64,000 nucleotides of DNA from Stegostoma tigrinum (GCF_030684315.1 NC_081354.1:16300226-16364225), one strand, 5' to 3'; positions 1 to 13,313 are shown, numbered from the stretch's first letter. Made by a program: numbers and translations. The notes: generated from the letters alone by a model not told the origin.

Positions 1-904
1 GTGGGGGTGGCTGGTGTATATCGATAAGGCCGATGTTGTTGACATATGTGTGAACAAAGGATTTTGGTGCTGTAGCAGTGATCGTTCTGCTCATTCCCTT
101 CCTAAGTATCTTCCAACCAGAAACTAAATGTGCCTTTTAATATATCTGTTCTCTTTATGCTATTCAAGTAAAAGGACTTTGGACTGGCAAGTTATATAGT
201 ATCCACTTCACGGTAGAAAAGTCATTGTAAGCAATGAATGGTCTCACTTGAAGATCCCATGAGTCTCAAGAATCATTCCTTTCAGTGGTATTATTTATCA
301 AATCCTAATTTACACTGAATTGAAAACAAATTACTGCTGTAGCCTCTGATTCACAAGGATCTATGTTGAATCTGCCCATCTGTACTGGACTTAAATCCTA
401 CCCACAAAGACCAACACGCACTTTTCTATCAATTAGACCAAACAAAACTTTTTAGATATTTCATGTAGCTTTATTTGAATGGTTTAGTGTCCTTTAATCT
501 CTAAAACCTGTGCTTGAGCCCAGCCTGGAGCAATGGAATAAAAGTTATCTCTGTTGTGTGAATGCACTGTGATTTTTGACTGGGCCTTCCAAGCCAAGTT
601 TACAGTAGGCATAGGATTCACAGTGCAAAACTGTCCTAAGGCTGTGCGAGTTGGCAACAGATCAGCAAGCTCACTCACACGATCAACTGGAAAGGGTGCA
701 TAATGGGCTGTCTTGCTGGGTTTGGGATGAATCCAAATTGTTTGAGGGAGTTTTCCCCTCACTCTAAATTGCATTCTACATAAGTAATGTTCTGTGTGCC
801 CAATCCAATTCAGCTTATCAGTGAAAAGTTACTGCTCCAGTTCAAGAGCAGCAGGCCACATCGTGCACTGTTCGGTGTGTCATCTCTTGCTCCAGATATG
901 TTTG

Positions 905-1155
905 TTCGTCACTCTGCCGTTCGATGAGATCACAGCTACTCTTCTAACATCAATACTACTTGCCTAAAGTATCCTCATTTTCTTTGATGGTATCCATGTG
1001 CTTAAATGTATTGGTGTCAGTTTTGAACCTGTTTAGCAGGCAAGCCTCCATTGTTCCCTGGGCTGAGATTCACCATCCTCTGAATGAAGAAATTCCTTCT
1101 CATCCCAGCCTTGAACAGCTCGCTCCTTACTCTGAGACTGGTGCCTGGGTTCTGC
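905..1155 (-). mobile_element. Old CR1 LINE 3' fragment
   Basis: Degenerate match to the CR1 3' ends elsewhere in the window (gaagaaattccttctcatc corresponds to the MRRNFF motif on the minus strand). Confidence 0.5.
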
Positions 1156-1322
1156 CACCCCACCCCCAGCCAGGCAAATATATCATGATGTTGATGAATG
1201 AGCCAAGGTCAATAATAGTGGCACAATGCTGCAGACTCTCTGAAGCAGAGCTACCTGTGGAGTAGCAGTCCTATGTGGCAGTGTGGAAGTGCTCTTGACC
1301 ATCAGATGCTCAGAGTAGTGAT

Positions 1323-1549
1323 TGTAATGAGGTTAACCAAGTGGACCTCATCGAATATGAGTTCCCTGGTTAGGGCTGTCAACCTAGTTCAATCAGAGAG
1401 TCCAGATTGATAAGTATGAACAGGAGTGTCAGGTGTTCTGTTCACTCTAGGAGCCAGCTCTGTGCTAGCTCAGTCAGTGTCATGTACTATGCACATGTGA
1501 ATAATGGGTGACCCAGTGATGGAATACTGACCTTCGTGGAGTTATTTCA
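1323..1549 (+). mobile_element. Probable solo LTR (227 bp)
   Basis: Starts TGTAATGA and ends TTATTTCA, with degenerate TATA-like and polyA-like positions. Resembles a shark LTR family from memory. No clear TSD. Confidence 0.55.
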
Positions 1550-1668
1550 CTCAGTGTTTAATCTCAGTGTGCATTCAACTTATGAACCTGGTGAATTTTT
1601 AAAAGCCTAACTCAACAGGGAAATGTTCAGAGAAACACAATGCACAATGGAGTGAACAAATAAAACCA

Positions 1669-1791
1669 GATGAAGGGTCTAGGCCCGAAACGTCAGCTTT
1701 TATGCTCCTGAGATGCTGCTTGGCCTGCTCTGTTCATCCAGCCTCACATTTTATTATCTTGGATTCTCCAGCATCTGCAGTTCCCATTATC
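1669..1791 (+). mobile_element. Penelope-like element 3' terminal (pLTR) fragment beginning inside a hammerhead motif
   Basis: gatgaagggtctaggcccgaaacgtcagc followed by the gatgctgc...ccagcatctgcagttcc tail shared with the GIY-YIG-bearing copies. Confidence 0.75.
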
Positions 1792-2577
1792 ACAGAACCT
1801 GGTATAGTTTCTGGTTCCTCTACCTGACGACTATTGATAACCCTCTGTGGCTGAAATTGCTTAGTCAAGAGGAGATAGCAGGCACAATAAAAAGTGAGAA
1901 AATTGTCAAGTGATTAGACTAAAGAAAGAGATCAACTGGAATAGATCTGAATGTGTGGATAAATATTTGAAGTCGAAGATGTGTAGTTATGGGTGGAGAG
2001 CTGTACAATAGGATTATGTTTTTATTGTTTTAGCAGAGGTATTATCATATATAATGGGACGCATGCCCCACTCCCCCCTGTCCTATTAGTAGTACAGAAG
2101 TCAGGGAGCTTTCAGAGGCAAAAAGTTATAACACAAAAAGAAAGAAGGAATATTCAAACATTGATAGTCAGAGGTAACAGAGCGAATAGCAAGTGACCAG
2201 TTAGAGGGTTCAGTCTTGGAGAAAATGAACAGGCTCAACAGGAAGGATCAGAAAAATTAAACAAGCGTCACCTGGAAAGAGTAGCAGTCACAACAGGAAC
2301 AAGTATTCATCCAGTGTTAAACTGAAAAGTTAGCTGCTCACACACCCTTCATGAGCTCAATCATACTTTGAAAAGTGCACATTTGACTTAACTCCTGTGA
2401 AAAAAGACAAACAACACAGGCAATGGCACATGTGGATCAGCTGTGTGTATTTTGGAGGATACAAAAATCTGTTTTTCCCAAGCCCACAGCAAAATCTACC
2501 ACTATGTTTGCAATCAGTATTACAGGTATGATCTCAACAAAAGTCTGTCCAATTGGAACATGATTGCTTTAGTCTTC

Positions 2578-2868
2578 CATAGAACCCCTACAGTGTGGAA
2601 ACAGGCCCTTTGGCCTAACAAGTCCACATCAATCCTCAGAGCATCCCACCCAATCTACTCACCCCTGAACACCATGGGCAATTTAGCATTGCCAATCCAC
2701 CTCGCCTACACATGTTTGAACTTCAGGAGGAAATCAGAGCACCCAGAGGAAACTCACACAGACACATGAAGAATGTGCAAACTCCACACAGATGCTTACC
2801 CAAGGGGGTCCTTGGGTCCTTGGTGCTGTGAGGCAGCAGTGCTAACTACTGAGCCACCATGCCACCCC
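2578..2868 (-). mobile_element. HE1-type tRNA-derived V-SINE, near full length
   Basis: Minus strand reads ggtggctcagtagttagcactgctgcctcacagc (A box), then the V-domain tgtgtggagtttgcacattct, then a CR1-like tail gggcctgtttccacactgtag. Confidence 0.85.
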
Positions 2869-4589
2869 AGTCTTGTACTCTAATCCTCTTGCAGTAAAGG
2901 TCACATCCTACTTAACTACTTAATTGCTTACTATATCTGCACATCAAACTTTCACACTGAACCTCTCTCAAAATTAACATTTACAAGCTTCTGGGCTTTC
3001 AAAAAATCTGCTTTTCTATTCTTATGATCAAAATAAATAACCTCACACTTGCCTTTACATCCACAGCAGGCATGCCCACCAAACAATCCATGAGCTGTGA
3101 ATTTGCACAGCTGATTTAATGCTTAGTTCTTAAGTTTTCTAATTTCAGAATAATTTGTAGGAAAGTTTTAATCTTAAAACGATAAAAGTCAGCTAATTAT
3201 GTAATTATTGCTGAAATTACTGCTTAACGCTACAGATATAATGATTGAACGTACGTAAGGATTACAGATACTGATAAAGAAGGAAATGATATCAGACAGT
3301 TACCATTGCAGGCCTGTGACTTGTTTGAGAATTCTCTTTCCAAGTTGGAGGGGGTGAAAATTTGAAGTCGGAGAACTTCAGCTGTGATGGCTTCTCCCAC
3401 AGATCGACTGAGCAGACAGGTTCTGAGAGGCAGTGAAGGCTACCTCAATTCACTACCCCTTGGTAGATGGCTCAATATAGCAGTCCTTTAGTCGGTTTGC
3501 CTTTCTCTATCTCCATACTGAGAAAGGTGTCTCTGATGGTGTCACCTCCGATTGTGCATTTCAGGGTGGTTCTTTGAGTACTACCAAAATAGTGGCTCAT
3601 GGAGTCTTGTATGGACCCATGCTTATGATGGCTTACATTTTAACTATGGTGAGCCATCGTTACATAAAGCTAAATCAAGTATGCTGGAATTTCTCATGTT
3701 GTCCTTTCAGTCTTTGTATTTTTTCTAAGGAGATTTTAATTCTCACACCTTTTGTCAGTTGATAAAGAGAGTTTGGGTCATTTTAGATTAGTTAACTTTG
3801 GTTTAACTCATCTAAGTAAAACTCTCCAGTTAACCCCTTCAAACTATTTAGTTCAAATGTTTTCATTTTGATGGAGATATGTTTTCTAGAGGTTAGTTGA
3901 ATTCTAAGAGTCTCCTTTTGTGGTTGATGAATTAACACACAGATCTCAGAAAGGCACAATACCTTTAAAATGAATAGACGACACAACAACATGTGATAAT
4001 CAGTTTTCTTCTATTTGTTCTTGGGATGTTATGCCTTGTACAAAAGGTCTCACTCTCCGTGTAGTCAGTGTGCTGATCTATGACAATCAGTTAGGCAGTC
4101 CATCAGCTGTGCATATAATGTAACATTAAAATAAATGAGTAGAACCCAAGCTATGTGTAAGTATAAGGTACCATTCCTGTATACATAGTTAGTGCTGTAC
4201 ATAAATTTCAAAATGTGTGTCTCACCAAGTGATTAAGGTATATCTCACATAGACTAACATATAGGGAAGCACTTAGACTGTATTGTCCTGGCAGTTCTAT
4301 TTTACTGTAAGGAAACCATAACAGTTGATGCTGAGAATCAGTTCAATCTATCTCTCCTTTTGGGCTGTGGTGAATCATCATCTCCTGACTTCTGAGAGAC
4401 ACTTGGTAGAGTTCAATTTCTATTTTTTAAAGACAAATTAACCTTCTATATGACATAAAGTTATAATTATACAGTCATGGTCGTACCCTACTTTATTCTT
4501 CATCTTCTATCTTGTTGCTGGCTCACCTGCCTAAATCTCATTCCAGCTAGTCTGTGTCATCTGTGGGTATATTTTGAAACTGAATTTTC

Positions 4590-4840
4590 AAAGTCATGTA
4601 AAACAGCAGAAGCAAATGACCAGATCATCTGATTTTTTTTAAGTGATAATCATTGCACAATAAGTAATGGTAGGGTCATCAAGTGAACTCGTCTGCTTTT
4701 ATTCAAAATTGTGTGTGTGCGTTTTTTAATGTTCATCTGGAAGCGCAGTCTCCATCAAGTTTCAGTCTTGGAGGTGTGGCTTGAACCCACACCATTCTGA
4801 GTCACAAACAAGAGGGCTGGCAAATGTGGCAAGGCTGACT
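4590..4840 (-). mobile_element. Deu-domain SINE remnant (SacSINE1-like)
   Basis: tRNA-like head on the minus strand (ggcttgaacccacaccattctgagtc on +) plus aatgaccagatcatctg; same family as 21348-22075. Confidence 0.55.
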
Positions 4841-5459
4841 CCTGAATCTTATAGAATTAGCCATTGGCCACAACCTGGTCCAAAATTTGCCTTCATTTCT
4901 ACTTATAAAGCTAACAATGAGAAAACAGTATGTAAGTGGACATGCTTGCATTAAATGTTGCAAATGGACCACAGATGGAAATCTAAGGGAAAAACAGCCC
5001 TTTGTAACAATTTCAATTTCACAGACATTACTGGCAGCAATTGACTGAAATCATGGCTGCATATATGTGGATTTGGCGACAGTTTAAAATGGATTTGTTG
5101 TCAATTTATTTTGCCAAAGAATCTTACTCTCCCAGGGTAAGCAGCTGAAAGTCTAAATATAGCTGCTTATTCCTGTTGTCCACCACGGATTTCTTTTCGT
5201 GCTAATTGTCTACACATCTACTCATAGCTGGCGTTTAGTTGGAGACGGAACCGAAGGAACAAATAATGTTAGTGTATGAGAAGCCAGATTCTTCATTTTG
5301 GAGAATCACTAAAAGTCAAGATGGTGAAATAGAAAGGCCACTAATTTGTAAAGTTGTTACAAGTTAGTGGCATATTTCCTCCAAATATTTGCAACTAATT
5401 GTGAGAAAATTTCCTCACTACAAATCAGCTCACAGAGAAGTTCAGTGAAGGTCTGTTTT

Positions 5460-6075
5460 CTTTTATTGGTTCCTTGGATATGAGGTTTTCTGGCCAGACC
5501 AGAATTTATTGCCCATCCCTACTTGTCCTTAAACGCATGGTGGTGAACTGCTTTGTTGAAGCGCTGTAATCTATGTTATGTAGACGTACAGTGTGCAAAG
5601 GAGGATGCTCCAAATGTTTGACCCAGCGGCACTGAAGGAATGGCAACATAGTTCCCAGGGTGGTAAGTGTCTTGGAGGACAATTTGTGGGAGGTAGTGTT
5701 CCCATCATTTGTTCTTCCACATTGTAGAGGCCACGAGTGTAGAAAATGTTGTTGAAACAGTGTTGGCAAGTTGCTACTGTATGTCCTGATGATAATACAC
5801 CCTGCTGCCTCTGTGCACCACTGGTGGAGGGAGTGAATGTTGAAGGTGGTGATGTGATGCCAGTCAAGTAGGTAGTTTTGTTCTGGAGATATGTGTTGAG
5901 ATATTTTAGTATTGTTGGAGCAGCACTCATTTAAGCAACATGGGTGTATTCCATCACATGCGTTATCTGTGCCATGTAAATGTAAGACAAGCATTGGGAT
6001 AACTGGTTAAATTTTCCAGTTCCATCAGGTGGACTTTGAGCTTTCTTTGTTCTCATGTTTATGGTCCTATTTCCA
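5460..6075 (-). mobile_element. 3' fragment of a second LINE family ('LINE-B', CR1/L2 superclade)
   Basis: Frameshifted peptide MSAAPTILKYLNT..QNK..L / TFNIHSLHQW..AAGC resembles a LINE ORF2 C-terminus; tail atttattgcccatccct. Confidence 0.75.
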
Positions 6076-6399
6076 GTAATCCCACCCCAAAAGTAAGATC
6101 TGTGATTCCAAGACACTCACTGGGTCTAACTTACTTCAACCCAGTAAGTGAACATAAACTGAAAGATGAATGATTAGAATTGATTTTGTTGGAAATGGAT
6201 AATAGTCATGTCAAGAACTGAAATTCCCAAATGTAGAGTAAAATAAGTTGCCATAATCCCAAAGGACCATAGGGCTGCTCTCTCATTAGAGAGTGGTGGT
6301 GCTGAATTTAACCTCAGGGTTACTATACCTCAGGCAAGAAGGCAGAACTTTCATGGTGAACTCAACCAATGCAGGAAAAATTATTATAATGCTTGTAAA

Positions 6400-6610
6400 A
6401 TGTCATAGAGTCATAGAGCTCTACAGCATGGAAGCAGATACTTCAGTCCAACTCATCCATTCTGACCAGATATCCTGAATCAATCTAGTCCCATTTGCCA
6501 GCATTTGGCCTATATCCCTCTAAACCCTTCCTATTCATATACCCATCTAGATGCCTTTTAAATATTGTACCAGCCTCCACCACTTCCTCTGGCAGCTCAT
6601 TCCATACATG
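6400..6610 (-). mobile_element. CR1 LINE 3' end
   Basis: (gtcataga)n tail and atttggcctatatccctctaaacccttcctattc; paralogous to 14470-14805 and 51870-52250. Confidence 0.75.
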
Positions 6611-6693
6611 CAAAATAGAATTAAACAGCAGGATCACAATAATTACAACACAGAAAGAGACTATTTGCCCCGCTGTTCCAATTTGGGTGTTTA

Positions 6694-6874
6694 CAACCAG
6701 AACGGTCTACTCCCATTCAATTTCTTTCTCCTAACCATTTTATGATTTCCTTTCTCAAGTAGTTAGCCAAATATCTTTTAAGGTGATGTTGTGGCCTCTG
6801 CCTCAATAACCATGTTTGAATTACCCTCCATCTCCCTCTATTATCTGACAGTCCTCAATTTGTTCCCATTGTTC
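6694..6874 (+). repeat. 181-bp local direct duplication, copy 1
   Basis: Matches 7583-7763 with a single substitution seen (ctcaagTagtt vs ctcaagCagtt). Confidence 0.95.
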
Positions 6875-7582
6875 CTAATTTACACAAGCCAGTGAACTAA
6901 ATCATTTACCCTCTCAAAATTTGCAGGGCATTTCTTTGATTAGCAGTAAAACCAAAATTGTAAAACCTTTTTTTAACAGCCTCTCAATCTCATTCTAGTG
7001 AAAATTTACTGCAGCTTTAATGCCTTTTCTGTTATGCAGTGTCCAAAATTCTGCCGTGTCCTCCTCTATTCGTCCTATATAAATTCAAATATACAAATTT
7101 GTTGGTTTATATTTTCTTAAAGTAATTCATGGTCTGTAGGCATTGCTGACTGGGGTAGCATTTAGTGCCCACCTCTAATTGCTTAGTCTTCTGGCCATCC
7201 CAACCCCCACAATGGGAAAGAAAAACGGGCAGATTGTAAAACAAGCCATCGATTTTATTTATATTCTTATGCAGGATGCGAATGTTCTTGCACATCCCTA
7301 ATATTGCATGTTTTATGCAATTGCCAAAAAAAACCATAATGGAACTCTGCTGCCACTTTTCTTCCTGTCACCTTGCATTCCCTGCACACCAGAGAGTAAC
7401 TTCCTACCTGCTGTTTTATTGGTTCTCTTTTCCTGGAGTGCATGGAAAATATATTCCAGAAAATTTTTTTTAATGCTTATTTATAGAATCTTTAAGTCCT
7501 TGAGCACAGACAAAGGCCAGTAGAACATGTGCTAACTCTTTGAAAGAGTCATTTGTGATTCTTGTCCCTTAGTTCCAGTTTC

Positions 7583-7763
7583 CAACCAGAACGGTCTACT
7601 CCCATTCAATTTCTTTCTCCTAACCATTTTATGATTTCCTTTCTCAAGCAGTTAGCCAAATATCTTTTAAGGTGATGTTGTGGCCTCTGCCTCAATAACC
7701 ATGTTTGAATTACCCTCCATCTCCCTCTATTATCTGACAGTCCTCAATTTGTTCCCATTGTTC
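7583..7763 (+). repeat. 181-bp local direct duplication, copy 2
   Basis: Near-identical to 6694-6874, offset 889 bp. Confidence 0.95.
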
Positions 7764-7879
7764 TCTCCTTCAGTTTTGCACTTCATACATCTGTGAGATC
7801 CCTTTGTAGGTGAGGGGAAGTCTATACTGAACACATGGTTGGCCTTGATTCTAACCATGCTACTTCTAATAACGAGGAA

Positions 7880-8215
7880 AGGAAAGAACTTGCATTTATA
7901 TCACACCTTTCATCTTCTGGGTTGTCCCAACTGGTTCACAGCCATTTTGTTATATTTACAATGTATTCCCTGTTGGAGTGGAGGGGCATACAGCAGGCAA
8001 TTTGCATTCAGCAAAGCTTCAGAAAAAAATTACGCGATGTGACCAATTAAAATGTGTCGTTTAGGAGGATATTTTGAGCGAAGAACTAAAAGACCTCCTG
8101 CTTGCAGAATGGTCCCATGTGATCTTGTGGGTCCAACTTAGAGGGCATTCAGTTTAACAGTTCAGCTGAAGGATGGCACATCTGACAGTGCAGCACTCGC
8201 TGAGCATTGCACGGA
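7880..8215 (-). mobile_element. Deu-domain SINE remnant
   Basis: cttgcatttatatcacacctttca tail and gatggcacatctgacagtgcagcactc..gagcattgcac core. Confidence 0.65.
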
Positions 8216-8899
8216 TGGAGAAGGGCTTGTGAAACTTCTGTACTAACCTATGTTTAATAAATTACAGCTAAGTTTCAATTAGAAGGCTGCTTTATCTAAT
8301 CCGAAGAATTCTACATGTTTGTGAAGGTTTTTTTTATTATTTAGTGTTTAGATGGAATGATCAGTACTCTTACTCTATAAGAAGTTAATTTTGTTGTAAT
8401 CAAAGATGTTCAGGGTTAAAGTACAATTTCCTCCAGTACAATGTTGCTAGCACTGGATATAGTTTCATGTAGTAATGTTGGTGCCTAGAACTGGATATTT
8501 AGTCAGAAAAGTTATTTAGTGTAATGGTGTTAGCAATACAAAGGTAGGTTCAGTTTGCAATGTGTTAAATCAGAGATCCAGCACACTTTTATGACTTGGC
8601 AGTAAAAAGCCTGTAGTCACTGAACAATGGGCATTTGGGAAATATTACTGTATTCTCCAGGGGAGATATGAAATAACCACTAAATATGTTAGCTTGGAGT
8701 TTCTGCTGGATTATATTGTTTTGTTCAGTGGAATTTGCCTAAAATTGGACAAACCTGAACAAAAGTCAGTGGAAATCAATTGCAAATTACACTCAGCACA
8801 AATTAAGTTTCCGTTATTTTTTGCACTTGTTTCAAAAACATTAGTTGAGAATCTGGTCCTACCCACTATTATAAAGTAGGGCTTCTGGGATGCAATTTG

Positions 8900-9245
8900 T
8901 TTTAACTCATTCACAGTATGTAGGCAGCTCTGTCTGGACTAGCATTTATTGCCCATCCTTAACTGCCCAGAGGGCAGTGAAGAGCCAGCCATTTTGCTGT
9001 GGGCTTCGAGTCACATGTTGGCTAGACCAGGTCAGCACAGCAGATTGCCTTCCCTCAGAGGCAATGGTGAACTAGATGTATTTTCATAACATTTGACATG
9101 GTCACCATTGAACTCTTCATTCAGATTTTATTGAATTCACATTTTAATATTGCCGTGGTGTGATTGGAGCTCATGTCCCTAGATCTTAGCCTGGGGTTCT
9201 GTGTTGCTAGCTCAAAGACATTCCCACTATCCCACCACCTCTTCC
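8900..9245 (-). mobile_element. tRNA-derived SINE with a LINE-B-type tail
   Basis: agcatttattgcccatccttaactgcccag tail shared with LINE-B; tRNA-like head near 9150-9245. Confidence 0.7.
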
Positions 9246-10734
9246 CTAGTTGTTAATACAGCCAAAATGGAACCTCATGGCTGCTTGTATAGCTGTACAA
9301 TGGGGTGTGGTGATGAGATAGAAAGAGTCCTGAGTCCAAATGGTAACTTTGATCAGTCTTTCCAAAGGGAGTAGTCAACATTCAGCCTTGCTGTTTCTCA
9401 ATTCATCAGTGAGTCACAATATTCGTGGAAAGTAACACAATGCGTACCGGCATCCCTTTCTGCCACTCTGCGTAATTTTCTTTACATTTAACACCATTGG
9501 AAAAATTGTACAACAATGTGTCGCTATGCTATCTATCACCTCCTTTGTATTGTAGTTTTAAGGAGTGTTAGGAAGTGGATAAGGTTTAGTCAAAGCCTAT
9601 GGATATGATTTTCCAAAACACCATCTAAGCACAGAGGGCAGTGAGCATGTTAGATAGCGGCTAACATGCCACAGCCACCACCAAGAATCACCAATCACCC
9701 AGCAACTAGCTCATTCAGAGCTAACAGACAAGTAAGAGTGAGTATGTTGCCCTAGCACAGACTTCTGTATTGGCAAATTGGGTCATCAAAAGCTGATGAC
9801 CTTTAGCTCTTAAAGTCTGGTAGTTGAAGCCAACTCATCAGTGGCATTGAAGTAAGATTTTTCTTTCTTCCTCTCATTGAGTGTTGGCCAATAGGGTTTC
9901 AGCAGGAGGATTGGATGCAATGGGTAAGGAGTTGGATTTCAGAGGTCATTCTCTTGCTTGCTGTGCTGACTCCAACAGCCTGCAGACTGGGGAAATTGAA
10001 GGTCCCCCCACAACTCGGAAGGCAATCAGCTGTGATTTTCCAGTTAGGCTCATCCACTCGCAAACACATGTTTGTGGAGTTGGAGAATTGAGGCCCTTCA
10101 GTGACCATTACTTAACTCTTCAAGGGTCTTATTTACTGGAGTGTGTTGGAAGTCACCCAGGGGTCTTCCTGCCCTGTACTTGTTTGCAGAGGTGTTGAGA
10201 AGCGATTGTGTATCTGTCCATTGCTAACTCACCCAATTATTACCCCTTCTTGCAACCTTCAAAAAATTTCGTATTGTGTAAAATAAATTTGGTTACTGGT
10301 CTTGTCTTCCACAAGTATTTTTCAGTCACCACCCCCATCTGGTAAAATCAGACGGCAAGTATAATAGTCTGTGTGGTATAGTATTTACCTCACAATATGA
10401 GGTCTATCACTGTTACAATTTCTTTAATAATGGAAAAATACTGCTGGAAGTCTGAAACAAACACAAAGAATTGCTGGAAAAACACTTGCAGAGAGAGAAA
10501 CAGAGTGAACATCCCAAACTTGGTAATACTTCAACGGAATATGATTCCTTCGTCAGGCTATTATCTAACTAGCCATTGATTAGTTAGGCCTAAAATAAGT
10601 GTGACATTGAATTCAAAGGAAAGTGTGCTAAAAGCTGCAAATTGGTAACATTGATTAGAATGAATACTGTACACAAGAAATAAGAATCAATTAATTTCCA
10701 GAGTGCTTTATTTTACCAATTTCTCAAATCAAGC

Positions 10735-10945
10735 AATCCTTACAATGTGGAAGCGAGCCTTTCGACTCATCGAGTTTAAAGAGCATCCTACCCAGACCCA
10801 CCCCTCCCACCCCATCCCTGTAACCCTGCATTTCCCGTGTCCAGTCCGCCTAGCCTGCACATCTTCAGACTGTGGGAGGAAACTGGAGCACCTGGAGGAA
10901 ACCCATGCATATGCAGGGAGAATGTGCAAACTCCACACAGACATA
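10735..10945 (-). mobile_element. HE1-type SINE, 5'-truncated
   Basis: V-domain gggagaatgtgcaaactccacacagac and gggaggaaactggagcacctggaggaaaccc. Confidence 0.8.
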
Positions 10946-12852
10946 GCCAGCGATTTTTCAACTGTGCAATATTAGACTGTAGCAATATTAGAGAATGGAA
11001 CCCAGTGTAGAAGTAAGATCAAGTTATATTGTGCCATTATACAAACAGAAAATACACCAGAGATTCAACTGGGTCACTCCTATTAAGTCCGTTCTACTGC
11101 AGCCTCCCTAAGGTTACCTTTACAGGGAAACAATTAAATCCAGGTTGGCATGTTGGTGAATGCATGAAACAATTTTAATCCAAAACACTGATTTACTGAA
11201 TATCTGGTTCTGGTTTTGCTCAGTCACTTCTTATTAATTTCAGCTAGAAGGCCTGTTGTATTAAAACTCAACTGTGGGTTTAATGTTGGGATTGTAAAAT
11301 CTTGGGGTGGTGCAGCATGAAATTTGGCCCATTGAGGCTGCACCAGCTTTTGCAAAGAGAAATCCAGTTCATCCCACTCCCCAACCCATTACCTGTACCC
11401 CTGCAACTTTTCCTCCTTCAAGTAACTATCCACTTCCTTTCTGGGGTCTCCAGTTAAAGCTGTACCCCCCCAGACCAATTAAGGAAAACATCCCGGAAGT
11501 AAAGTCAGCCCATGGCTGGAACAGACCCAACATGACTGGAACAAGCTCTGAAGCCATAATGTCTAGTGGAGGGAAAGGGAGTAAGTAAGTTGAGAGTGGG
11601 ATTTCCACCCTGGAGCAGAGATAGAATTCACAGGCTCCAGTGTTGTACTGGTTTCATGCCCACTGTCCAAGCATAGCAAGCCCTTTAGAACGCCAGGCCC
11701 CAGTTATTGGTGGTCCTGAGCCCTAATTCCACCCTTGGTGGGAAGGAATTTCCTATCTCAGCAGCTGCTGGCCAATCTGATGAGCCAGCAGACCCCCCAG
11801 CTCAACAAAGACTGCAGGAAGGAGCACTAAGTGGATCATGGCTTCCCTAGTTAGGTTAATCCCAGGCTTATAGGCAGGTTGATCGGAGCTAGAGAGAGGG
11901 GTGAGAGGGTGGGGTCAGGATTTGAAGGCAGGTGCCGTGGGAGGGGTGGCAGAATGGTTGCCCCCAATGCATGCAAGACCCGAAATGAGGAGACACCATC
12001 CCTTCTACAAATGGCCCATAAAAATTGGCCACATCCATCATTTTATGTTGTGGGCAGCATGTTATCCATTTGAATTGGCTTGCTAACAAGCTAATTGACT
12101 ATAAGTTATTTAATTGCAGATAGCAGGGAAGTATAAACTCCAGCCAATTGATTAGAAATGTTTTTTTTGGTATGCAAATTTAAACTCTTCCTTCTGGTCA
12201 TCAACTTCATAGCCATGGGATTTGAAACATCCTCTTTGTCTCCTTTGCTCCTCAGTATTACACCACTGTAAGGTCTCATACTCTGCCTCAAGATAGTGTT
12301 TAATACTTTTAAGTCCTCTTTAAAAGTCTAATGTTTTGAAAAAACATTACTTCTTTTCTGAACCACAGAATCAAAGTCTTCAGCTGAGATTAGACCAATT
12401 GGGACTAAGCTCTGTTGCCTGATCATCAACACAAAACAGTCGCATATCCAATGACAAAGATCAGTGGAATATCCTAAGTTTATCCTTGGGCCCTATTGAA
12501 GTAAATTCAGCCTACTACAGGCAATAGTTCACTGTACTATCACACCTTGTCATTAGGCCTTTGAAACCCTAATTGACTAGGATACTAAACCAGTCAACTA
12601 ACTCAGGGGATGGGGGTAGAGCAAATAGGAAGGGAAGGGAGCAGGAGACAGAAGTGGAATGTAATATAAACAGAGACTGGGAAATTCTTCAAGGTGAGTT
12701 GAGAGAACATTTTTTACTGGATTCTTCAGTGGACTCTAAAAACCTCTTTAGGAATGTTGGCTTTGAGCTGCAGCAGAATTTGAGTACTTGTCATAGTTTG
12801 TATTATGCATCTGAACTCATATTAACAAAAAACGAATGAACACTTCAAAATT

Positions 12853-12977
12853 GGAGATGGTAAGAATTGCTGGAGTATCTGAGATAAAAAAGGTGTAGAG
12901 CTAGATGAACACAGCAGGCCAAGCAGCACAGGGGAGAAGGAAAGCCTACCTTTCAGGTGTGGACCCTTCTTCAGAAA
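12853..12977 (-). mobile_element. Penelope-like pLTR fragment
   Basis: gatgaacacagcaggccaagcagca...gacccttcttcag; on the minus strand it starts at CTGAAGA. Confidence 0.7.
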
Positions 12978-13138
12978 TACCGGAGTTGGGTTTACACTCA
13001 CTTCAAGCAGGCCCGGTGGTTGTTTGAAATAAAATCTGCAAATCAGGCACAGGTTCTCACTCAGGTAATTTTGTCATGATTGCGATTGCTCTACCTCTCT
13101 GAGAAAGACCAACAAAATGCTACATTCAGACTGTGCTG

Positions 13139-13313
13139 AGATAACAAGAGCTGCAGATGCTGGAGCCAGCGATAACAGTGTGGAGTTGGAGGAACACAGC
13201 AGGTCAGGCAGCATCACAGGGGCAGGAAAGAATGACCCCAACCCGAAATGTCAGCTTTCCTGCTCCTCTGATGCTGCCTGTCCAGCTCTGTTCCTCCAGC
13301 TCCACACTGTGTT
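13139..13313. mobile_element. Penelope-like tail-to-tail inverted pLTR mini-insertion
   Basis: Inverted arms (gtgtggagttggaggaacacagc...caggaaag / ctttcctgc...ttcctccagctccacac); imperfect TSD attcagactgtgct / atttacactgtgct. Confidence 0.8.

Noticed and set aside
484-774. 96-aa minus-strand ORF
   Set aside because: No recognisable domain or supporting splice structure; length compatible with chance
2800-2868. tRNA gene (also 23401-23470, 23812-23880, 56536-56600)
   Set aside because: A/B-box heads run into SINE bodies and no complete cloverleaf is evident
8659-8879. Open frame after ttctccag (GRYEITTKY...)
   Set aside because: No recognisable protein and no linked exon
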